A stretch of DNA of 64,000 nt. It comes from a candidate division FCPU426 bacterium (GTDB taxonomy: Bacteria; Oederibacteriota; Muellerivitia; Muellerivitales; Muellerivitaceae). How positions within the stretch are numbered: position 1 is the first letter of the stretch; the number at the start of each line of letters is the position of its first letter. This document shows positions 41,756 through 49,372 of this stretch, in pieces. A program made the translations under genes and the position numbers. Below the pieces are notes generated by a model. The model had not been told where the DNA came from. It made no database searches and worked only from the letters and a program-made list of their open reading frames with translations. The stretch spans positions 23,334 through 87,333 of the forward strand of contig CAWHOE010000049.1 of assembly GCA_963830915.1 (NCBI GenBank), read 5' to 3'.

Positions 41756-42433
41756 ATGGAATATCCGAAGATCATTTCCAAGCTCAAGTCCCTGAGGAAC
41801 CAACGGAACATCGACGGGATGGCTCGGTTCGGCATTCGGGGAAAGAACCTCTTGGGTGTTCCCAAGCCCATTCTGGACGAGATCGCCCGCAAGATAGGAA
41901 AAGATCACGAGCTGGCCTTGAGACTTTGGGACTCTGGCATCCACGAAGCCCGCATCCTGGCGGCGCTGGTGGATGACCCGGCGAAGGTCACGCAAGCCCA
42001 GATGGAAAAATGGGTCAAGCAGTTCGATAGTTGGGACATTTGCGATCAATGTTGCGGCCACCTGTTGGACAGGACGCCTTACGCCCTGAAGAAGGCGTTG
42101 GAATGGACCAAGCGAAAAAGAGAATTCGAGAAGAGGGCGGGTTTTGTGTTGATGGCCGCCATGTCGGTACACGATAAAAAAGCTCCGAACAAATTATTCC
42201 TGTCTTTCCTGCCCATCATCCGAAGGGAATCCTGGGACGAGAGGAATTTCGTGAGGAAGGCCGTCAACTGGGCCTTGCGGCAGATCGGAAAGAGGAACAA
42301 AGCACTTAACAAGGCCGCCATTCGGGAAGCTGAAAAGATATTCAAGCTGGAAACCCCTTCGGCCCGCTGGATCGCTTCGGACGCGCTGAAGGAATTGAGG
42401 GGAAGGAGTTTTCAAGAAATAAGGAAACCTTAA
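41756..42433 (+). CDS. AlkD-like DNA alkylation repair protein
   Basis: HEARILA, FDSWDICDQ and DERNFVRKAVNWALRQIGKRN motifs. Confidence 0.9.
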   Translation: MEYPKIISKLKSLRNQRNIDGMARFGIRGKNLLGVPKPILDEIARKIGKDHELALRLWDSGIHEARILAALVDDPAKVTQAQMEKWVKQFDSWDICDQCCGHLLDRTPYALKKALEWTKRKREFEKRAGFVLMAAMSVHDKKAPNKLFLSFLPIIRRESWDERNFVRKAVNWALRQIGKRNKALNKAAIREAEKIFKLETPSARWIASDALKELRGRSFQEIRKP

Positions 42434-42512
42434 TCAAGCAAATCTTTCCCGAGTTTGCAGCTAGGATTTTTTTTGTGTTCTACACCGATCCACCAGGGTG
42501 TTTGGTTTCAAG

Positions 42513-42939
42513 TCCCCCCTTTGAAAAAGGGGGGATAGGGGGGTATTCGATGTTGACTTACCGAAGGGGAATAACCGCAGTCGTTCGAAAACTCCGCCGT
42601 AACATGACGGACGCTGAACGCCTTATCTGGTCTAAACTTCGCCGCAGACAGATCGCGGGAGCTTGTTTTTACCGGCAAAGAATTATTGGCGAATATATTG
42701 TGGATTTTTATTGTCGGGAAGCCGCTCTGGTCATTGAATTAGATGGAGGGCAGCATTTCCATGTTGAAGTGGAGGAAAGGGATGCCGTTCGAGATGCCTT
42801 TCTTAGGAGACGCGGTTTTCAGGTGTTGCGCTTTGACAACCATCAAGTTTTGAAGAATACGGAAGCGGTATTAGAGGAAATATTCAAGGCGGTCACCGGA
42901 GGCTAATACCCCCCTTCCCCCCTTTTTCAAAGGGGGGAT
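42513..42939. mobile_element. DUF559 gene bracketed by palindromic inverted repeats of about 35 bp
   Basis: Left TCCCCCCTTTGAAAAAGGGGGGATAGGGGGGTATT; right AATACCCCCCTTCCCCCCTTTTTCAAAGGGGGGA. Confidence 0.75.
42550..42906 (+). CDS. DUF559 (Vsr-like) endonuclease-domain protein
   Basis: LRRNMTDAE..W..LR...F.RQ..IG.YIVDFYC....LVIELDGGQH...D..RD. Confidence 0.93.
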   Translation: MLTYRRGITAVVRKLRRNMTDAERLIWSKLRRRQIAGACFYRQRIIGEYIVDFYCREAALVIELDGGQHFHVEVEERDAVRDAFLRRRGFQVLRFDNHQVLKNTEAVLEEIFKAVTGG

Positions 42940-42987
42940 ATAACCGAAGCTACAAAATCAGGAAAGATTCAAACAAGTTAACCATCA

Positions 42988-43062
42988 TACCGACCTTCTA
43001 AAAATCATTTAAAGAGGTCGGTATAGTACCGATTTCATTAATCAATAAATGGTTAATCGGCA
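42988..43062 (-). mobile_element. Double-hairpin miniature insertion element, copy 5 (75 bp, reverse) in a family C arm
   Basis: CA-[TACCGACC...AATCGGCA]-CA; removal restores TTAACCATCAAGGGCACCAAGGGCACCAAG. Confidence 0.85.
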
Positions 43063-43347
43063 CAAGGGCACCAAGGGCACCAAGAAAGGCCTTTTTTAAT
43101 GCCAACAAAAAAGAAATAACAATTTTTGATTCATGCCAAAGGTCAAATTTCCATCGGTGCTGTTGGTTTGTCTCGATTTATCCAACTGGAATAACCAAAA
43201 CCTAAATTTTCCAGGACAATTAGAAATAAAGAATTGGAAAAGATAAGCGCTCCCATTCGCGCAAATCATTGGCATTGGGAACTGAAATCAAGCGCCACTA
43301 AGGGTTTTCTGGAAACAACCCCTTCCTTTTGTTAGACTGACCCCCCT

Positions 43348-44065
43348 ATGAAAGCGAACAAAGCCAAAAAAACAACACCTTGGGCGGCCATCATCGTGGC
43401 GGCCAGCAAATCCAAGCGGCTGAAAAGCCGGGTTCCCAAACCCTTCCTATATGTGGATAACCGCCGGACTATGCTGGACCTGTGCCTGGAATCCTTCGCG
43501 CAAGTGCCGGGACTTTCCTTCGTCATCATCGTGACCCAGCCCAACTATACGGAAGCCGCCATGCAGGCCATCTATCGGTGGAAATTATCCGGTATCGTCA
43601 CCAAGGGCGGGGCCGAGCGGGAAGACTCGGTGCAGAACGGGTTGGCCGTGATACCCAAGGGAGTCAAATGCGTTCTCATCCATGACGCGGCCAGGCCCCT
43701 GATCGACCCCGGGGTCATCCGCAGGGTTCTGGAGAAAGCCAACAGTTCGGGAGCGGACCGTCCCGGTCATCCCGGTGAAAGATACCTTGAAGATCATCTC
43801 AGGCGGCAGGGTCGTCAAAACCCTGGACCGGTCCAAGATCGGCGCCATCCAGACCCCGCAAGGGTTCCGGGTCCCGCTTTTGGTCAAGGCGTTCAAGAAG
43901 GTCGGCAAAAGAGCCTCCCGCCTGACCGACGACGCCGCGGTCGCGGAAACGGCTGGTTTCAGGGTCTTAGCGGTGGAAGGCGACCAGTTGAACTTCAAAG
44001 TCACCACCCCGGAAGACCTGAACCGCGTCAAGGATATCATCTGGCGCACTTCGGATAACCGATAG
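43348..44065 (+). CDS. ispD: 2-C-methyl-D-erythritol 4-phosphate cytidylyltransferase (frameshift near 43757)
   Basis: GGAEREDSV and LIHDAARP, then in the next frame VKDTLK...QTPQGF...TDDA...NFKVTTPEDL. Confidence 0.88.
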
Positions 44066-44135
44066 GGCTGGTCACCGGTTCGGATCGGGTCATTCTTTTT
44101 CCCAATAGCTGTCACTGAATTTAAGGAGTCGCGTT

Positions 44136-44615
44136 ATGGATATTCGAGTCGGTATGGGTTATGACGCTCACAAATTCGTGGAAGGACGCCCCCTGATCCT
44201 GGGAGGCGTGACCATCCCCCATGACAAGGGCTTGCTCGGCCATTCGGACGCGGACGCCCTTTCACACGCGGTCAGCGACGCCATCCTGGGAGCGGCCCTG
44301 TTGGGCGATATGGGAAGGTATTTCCCCGACACGGACCCGAAATGGAAAGGCATCAACAGCCTGATCCTTTTGAAGGAATGCGGGAAGATGGCCAAGGCCA
44401 AGGGCTGGACCGTGGGCAACGTGGACGCCGTGATCGTCTGCCAGAAGCCCAAACTGGCTTCTTATCTTTTCTCCATGTCCCGGATGATCGAGGAGACTTT
44501 GGAACTGAACCCGGACAGCGTGAACGTGAAGGCCAAGACCACCGAGGGTATGGGTTTCGAGGGCAGGGAAGAGGGCCTATCGGTCCAGGCGGTGGTATTA
44601 CTGAAGAAAGACTGA
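44136..44615 (+). CDS. ispF: MECDP synthase
   Basis: GYDAH, LGHSDAD and NVKAKTTEG motifs. Confidence 0.97.
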   Translation: MDIRVGMGYDAHKFVEGRPLILGGVTIPHDKGLLGHSDADALSHAVSDAILGAALLGDMGRYFPDTDPKWKGINSLILLKECGKMAKAKGWTVGNVDAVIVCQKPKLASYLFSMSRMIEETLELNPDSVNVKAKTTEGMGFEGREEGLSVQAVVLLKKD

Positions 44616-44620
44616 GAAGA

Positions 44621-44724
44621 TAAGTTCTGAGTTTTGGGTTTTTAGTTTTAAGTTATCGTGCAATTCTTTTTGATGAACTTATGAAGTTTTAAAACTTAGA
44701 ACTCAAAACTTAGAACTTAAAACT
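44621..44724. repeat. Family D inverted-repeat element (7-bp units)
   Basis: AGTTCTGAGTTTTGGGTTTTTAGTTTTAAGTT ... AAAACTTAGAACTCAAAACTTAGAACTTAAAACT. Confidence 0.75.
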
Positions 44725-44769
44725 GACAACGTTCAAACGTGGTGAAGAAATTAAACTAAGGAAATACCA

Positions 44770-46227
44770 TTGGAAACTGTAAGAGTACGATTCGCGCCCA
44801 GTCCCACGGGGGACCTGCACTTGGGCAACGTCCGCACGGCCCTTTATAACTGGCTGTTCGCCCGCCACCACAAAGGCGTTTTCCTCCTGCGCATCGAGGA
44901 CACGGACAAGGTCCGTTCCACCGAGGAGTCCTGCGAGGAACTGATGGATATCATGACCTGGCTGGGCCTGAAGTGGGATGAGGGCCCGAGAGTGGGCGGT
45001 CCCTATGCCCCTTACAAACAATCGGAACGCACCTCGATCTACGAGGAGCACTTGAAACGCCTGAAGGAAAAGGGCTTGGTCTATCCCTGCTATTGCACCG
45101 AGGAAGAGCTGGAACTGGAACGCAAAAGGCAAATGGGAAGGGGCCATATGCCCAAGTACGGCGGCAAGTGCAAGAAACTGACGCCGGAAGAGCGAAAGAA
45201 AATGGACGACGAGAGCAAGACCTCGGTCCTTCGGTTCATCGTGCCCCCGGGCGAGATCGTCGTGCAGGACGAGGTGCGGGGCGAGGTGATCTTCCCCGAC
45301 GACCAGATCGGCGATTTCGTGTTGACCCGCTCCGACGGCAGTCCCACCTACAACTTCACCGTCGTGGTGGATGACGCCCTGATGAAGGTGACCCATGTCA
45401 TCCGGGGCGAGGACCACTTATCCAACACCCCCAAGCAGGTGCTCATCTATAAGGCGCTGGGTTACCAGGCGCCCAAGTTCGCCCATCTTTCCATCATCAA
45501 GGGGCCGGACGGACAGAAACTTTCCAAGCGCCACGGCGAGACCAGCGTGGAGAGCTACAAGGCCAAGGGCTATCAGCCGGACGCTTTCCTGAACTACTTG
45601 GCCTTGTTGGGCTGGGCGCCCAAGAGCGGGGAGATCCTGTCGCTGGACGAGATGGCCGCGGAGTTCGACCTGGCCCATGTGGGGAAGAGCGGGGCGATCT
45701 TCGATCCCATGAAACTGCACTGGATGGGAAGCCAATATCTGGTGGAAAAGAAAGTCCCCTTGGACGACCTGACCCGCATGGTCATCCCCTATCTGGTGGA
45801 GGCCGGTTACGTTACCCGGGAGCAGGTCCGGGACAAGTTCGACTGGGTCAAGCAAGTGGTGGATGTGGTGCGCACCAGCCTGGGCTGTCTATCGGACGCG
45901 GTGAGGGAGACCGTCTTCTTCTTCTCGGACGAACTGCATTTTGAGCCCAACCAAACCGAGGAAATGCTCGGCCAAAAGGCCCTTTTGAGCGCTTTTCAAG
46001 ATGGCTTTACCGCTTTTGAGGGGGAATTCAACGGGCCTAACTTCCTGGCTATAGTGAAGGAAGTGGGCAAGACGACAGGCTTGAAGGGCAAGGCCCTTTA
46101 CCATCCCCTGCGTTTGGCCCTGACGGGTCGGGAAGATGGTCCGGAACTGGTGAAAATCGCCCCATTGTTAGGTAAAGTGAAGGTGATCGAGCGCTTGAAG
46201 GTATGGACGACGGCTGAAGCCAAATAA
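44770..46227 (+). CDS. gltX: Glutamate--tRNA ligase
   Basis: RFAPSPTG.LHLG, HVIRGEDH and KLSKR motifs. Confidence 0.97.
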   Translation: METVRVRFAPSPTGDLHLGNVRTALYNWLFARHHKGVFLLRIEDTDKVRSTEESCEELMDIMTWLGLKWDEGPRVGGPYAPYKQSERTSIYEEHLKRLKEKGLVYPCYCTEEELELERKRQMGRGHMPKYGGKCKKLTPEERKKMDDESKTSVLRFIVPPGEIVVQDEVRGEVIFPDDQIGDFVLTRSDGSPTYNFTVVVDDALMKVTHVIRGEDHLSNTPKQVLIYKALGYQAPKFAHLSIIKGPDGQKLSKRHGETSVESYKAKGYQPDAFLNYLALLGWAPKSGEILSLDEMAAEFDLAHVGKSGAIFDPMKLHWMGSQYLVEKKVPLDDLTRMVIPYLVEAGYVTREQVRDKFDWVKQVVDVVRTSLGCLSDAVRETVFFFSDELHFEPNQTEEMLGQKALLSAFQDGFTAFEGEFNGPNFLAIVKEVGKTTGLKGKALYHPLRLALTGREDGPELVKIAPLLGKVKVIERLKVWTTAEAK

Positions 46228-46242
46228 AAGCAGATCAAATAG

Positions 46243-46426
46243 ATTGAACCACAGAGTCGCACGGAGTCACACAGAGTACGACAACAACGAAACCAAGATT
46301 TTTTGTTCCGGCAAGTAAACGGAGAGGCTGTGAACCACGGAGAAAAATTTTAGATTTAGGTGTAACCAAAAGAGATCGTTTTTTTGCCGTTTCCTTACTC
46401 TGTGTGACTCCGTGCGACTCTGTGGT
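46243..46426. repeat. Family A paired element, uninterrupted and ORF-less
   Basis: ATTGAACCACAGAGTCGCACGGAGTCACACAGAGTA ... TACTCTGTGTGACTCCGTGCGACTCTGTGGT. Confidence 0.92.
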
Positions 46427-46475
46427 AAAAAATTGGTTTTGCTTTTGTTTTAATTCTTAAAGAGGATATTTAGTC

Positions 46476-47111
46476 ATGATCGAATATTTCAAATCCATAT
46501 TGGACCGGGACCCGGCGGCCCGCTGGTGGGAACTGCCCCTATACCCTTGCGTTTACGCCATGTTCTATCACCGGATCGCCCACGCCTTGTGGGTCCTTAA
46601 GGTCCCTTTTATCCCCCGCCTCATCTCCCAGATCTCCCGGTCCCTGACAGGCATCGAGATCCACCCGGGAGCCAAGATCGGCAAATATTTCTTCATCGAT
46701 CACGGCATGGGCACGGTCGTTGGCGAAACTTGCGAGATAGGCGATCACGTCACCATGTTCCAACAGGTCACCCTGGGCGGAACGGGCAAGGAAAAGGGCA
46801 AGCGTCATCCCACCCTGAGGGACCATGTGGTCGTGGCCACGGGCGCCAAGGTGCTGGGTAATATCATCATCGGTGAGTATTCCAAGGTCGGGGCCAACGC
46901 GGTCGTGTTGACCGATGTTCCCCCCCATTCCACGGTGGTGGGCGTTCCGGGCCGTATCGTCAGGCTGCGCGGGAGTAAGGACGCCGCGGGCGAGCTGGAT
47001 CACAACCTCCTGCCGGACCCGTTGTTGAAGAAGTTGGAACATCTGGAAAGGGAATTGGCCCGCTATTCTGGCTCTTTCGCGACCCCTCCCAAGAAGAAAA
47101 AGAAGAATTGA
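46476..47111 (+). CDS. cysE: Serine O-acetyltransferase
   Basis: RDPAA, TGIEIHPGA.IG and GGTGKEKGKRHPT motifs. Confidence 0.96.
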   Translation: MIEYFKSILDRDPAARWWELPLYPCVYAMFYHRIAHALWVLKVPFIPRLISQISRSLTGIEIHPGAKIGKYFFIDHGMGTVVGETCEIGDHVTMFQQVTLGGTGKEKGKRHPTLRDHVVVATGAKVLGNIIIGEYSKVGANAVVLTDVPPHSTVVGVPGRIVRLRGSKDAAGELDHNLLPDPLLKKLEHLERELARYSGSFATPPKKKKKN

Positions 47112-47658
47112 ACCACAGAGTCGCACAGAGTCACACAGAGTAAAGAAACATCAAAATAATAATTGTTCAGGTACAGAATTTATAATCATCAAACTTGAGT
47201 TCACAGAGTTATGCAGAGACCAGTATGAAAAAAATTAAAATTGTTTCTTTGGAAGAAATCAACAAAGTATCCGGCGAGGTGGTGGACGCCGCTATGGAGG
47301 TCCATAGCGCTTTAGGACCAGGCTTGTTGGAGAGCGCTTATGAACATTGTCTCGCGCACGAGCTTACCGAAAGAGGATTGAAGGTCGAAAGACAAGTGCC
47401 GGTCCCCTTGGAATATAAAAATACCCAACTGGATGCAGGGTTTAGGGCCGATCTTTTGGTTGAAGAAAGCCTTATTGTTGAGTTGAAAACTGTGGAAGAA
47501 ATTTTGCCCATCCATGAGGCTCAGATATTCACCTATTTGAAGCTCACTGGTGGTCGCGTGGGATTGCTACTTAACTTTAATGTTCGTTCGATGAAAAACG
47601 GGATCAAAAGAATCATCCTTTGACTTACTCTGAGTGACTCTGTGCGACTCTGTGGTTC
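47107..47658 (+). mobile_element. Family A element carrying a GxxExxY gene
   Basis: GAACCACAGAGTCGCACAGAGTCACACAGAGTAA ... TTACTCTGAGTGACTCTGTGCGACTCTGTGGTTC (33 of 34 positions complementary) around the ORF. Confidence 0.8.
47225..47623 (+). CDS. GxxExxY protein (PD-(D/E)XK nuclease fold)
   Basis: VHSALGPGLLESAYE...RADLLVE...VELK...HEAQ...YLK...GLLLNF. Confidence 0.95.
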   Translation: MKKIKIVSLEEINKVSGEVVDAAMEVHSALGPGLLESAYEHCLAHELTERGLKVERQVPVPLEYKNTQLDAGFRADLLVEESLIVELKTVEEILPIHEAQIFTYLKLTGGRVGLLLNFNVRSMKNGIKRIIL

Positions 47659-47679
47659 CATCTTGTAATGAGGTTTGAA

Positions 47680-49110
47680 ATGCTTAAAGTGACCAACACG
47701 TTATCTGGCGAAAAGGAAACCTTTCAACCCTTACAGGCGCCCCAGGTCAGGATGTACGTCTGCGGGCCGACCGTTTACGGCGACATCCATATCGGTAACG
47801 CCAGGTCCCAGGTCAATTTCGACGTCATCCGAAAATACCTGATCTACGCCGGCTACCAGGTGACCTATGTGGTGAACATCACCGATATCGACGACAAGAT
47901 CATCAAGCTTTCCATCGACGAAAAACGGGAAGCCAAGGAAGTGGCCGAGACCTATACGAAGGCTTTCTTCGAGGTGATGGACCGGCTGGGCGTCCAGAAG
48001 GCCGACCTGCATCCCCGGGCGACCGAATTCATCCAGGAGATGGTGGGCCTGGTCTCGGGACTGGTCGAAAAGGGACACGCTTACGAGGTACCCTCCACGG
48101 ATCTGGGCAAGGACATCCTGTTCGACTCCAAGAGTTTCCCGACCTACGGCCGTCTTTCGGGCAAGAACCTGGAGGACCTTTTGGAAGGGGCCAGGGTCGA
48201 GAAGAACGACGCGAAGAGGAACCCGACGGACTTCGTGTTGTGGAAAGCCTCCAAACCCGGGGAGCCCATGTGGGACTCGCCCTGGGGCAAGGGAAGGCCG
48301 GGGTGGCACATCGAGTGCTCCACCATGGTCCGGAAATTGTTGGGGGATTCCATCGACATCCACGGGGGCGGGGTTGACCTGATCTTCCCCCATCACGAGA
48401 ACGAGATCGCCCAGTGCGAGGCCTTCACCCAAAAGCCCTACGTCAAATACTGGCTCCATAACGGATTCATCGAGATCTCCGGGCAGAAGATGAGCAAGTC
48501 CCTGGGCAACATCTGGAAGGCCAAGGACGCCCTGGCGGAATTCAGCCCCGAGGTGCTGCGTTATTTCTTCCTGAGCGCCCATTACCGGAGCGGGTTGAAT
48601 TACGACCGGGAGACGCTGGAAGCCTGCGGGAAAGGCCTGGAGGAGTTCAACCTGACCTTCAGCCGTATCGAGGAAGCCCTGGGCGGTACGGAGAACGACG
48701 GGACCCTGGACCTGCTGGCCTTGAGGCTGGCCATCGATGAGACCGAGACCAAGTTCAAGGAAGCCATGGACGACGACTTCAATACCCCCCGGGCGATGGC
48801 CGTGCTGTTCGACCTGGCGAGGGAATGCCGGCGGACTTTGAGCCAATCATCCCAAATGACCGCCGGGGCCAAGAGCCTGCTGGGCGAGGCGGCGGACAAG
48901 CTTTCCAAGCTGGGCGGACTCCTGGGAATCGTCTCTACCCGCAAGGCCTCGGTGCCCAAGGAAGTGGAGGATCTGGCCCAATTGCGCGTCCAAATGAAAC
49001 AAGAGAAGAAATATAAGGAAGCGGATGAGATACGGGCCAAGATCACCGCTTTAGGGTTTACAATCGAGGATATACAAGGCGGGAAGTACCGGGTCCTGCC
49101 GAAAAAATAA
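47680..49110 (+). CDS. cysS: Cysteine--tRNA ligase
   Basis: YVCGPTVY, HIGNAR, GRPGWHIECS and KMSKSLGN motifs. Confidence 0.98.
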   Translation: MLKVTNTLSGEKETFQPLQAPQVRMYVCGPTVYGDIHIGNARSQVNFDVIRKYLIYAGYQVTYVVNITDIDDKIIKLSIDEKREAKEVAETYTKAFFEVMDRLGVQKADLHPRATEFIQEMVGLVSGLVEKGHAYEVPSTDLGKDILFDSKSFPTYGRLSGKNLEDLLEGARVEKNDAKRNPTDFVLWKASKPGEPMWDSPWGKGRPGWHIECSTMVRKLLGDSIDIHGGGVDLIFPHHENEIAQCEAFTQKPYVKYWLHNGFIEISGQKMSKSLGNIWKAKDALAEFSPEVLRYFFLSAHYRSGLNYDRETLEACGKGLEEFNLTFSRIEEALGGTENDGTLDLLALRLAIDETETKFKEAMDDDFNTPRAMAVLFDLARECRRTLSQSSQMTAGAKSLLGEAADKLSKLGGLLGIVSTRKASVPKEVEDLAQLRVQMKQEKKYKEADEIRAKITALGFTIEDIQGGKYRVLPKK

Positions 49111-49128
49111 CGACACAACCCGATTCTT

Positions 49129-49340
49129 ACCACAGAGTCACACGGAGTCACGCAGAGTAAGGAAACGGCAAATAACAAGATTGTTTGGTTTAGACAAAAA
49201 TTAAAATCTTTTTGAACTCAAAATTTTAACTCTGTGTGACTCTGTGCGACTCTGTGCCGATTATCTAATTTATTAAATTGGAAATCGGTACTATACCGAC
49301 CCCGTTAATTGTTAATTTGAAGGTCGGCATGTGGTTCAAT
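49129..49340. repeat. Family A paired element with an interrupted right arm
   Basis: ACCACAGAGTCACACGGAGTCACGCAGAGT ... ACTCTGTGTGACTCTGTGCGACTCTG[insert]TGTGGTTCAAT. Confidence 0.9.
49255..49329 (+). mobile_element. Double-hairpin miniature insertion element, copy 6 (75 bp)
   Basis: Same ends and core; duplicated TG. Confidence 0.88.
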
Positions 49341-49372
49341 ATTCCGGATTAGGAAAGAGAACCCTCCTCAAC

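Noticed and set aside
46228..46475. T-box riboswitch between gltX and cysE
   Set aside because: No T-box consensus (AANNAGGGTGGTACCGCG-like); the spacer is occupied by a family A element.
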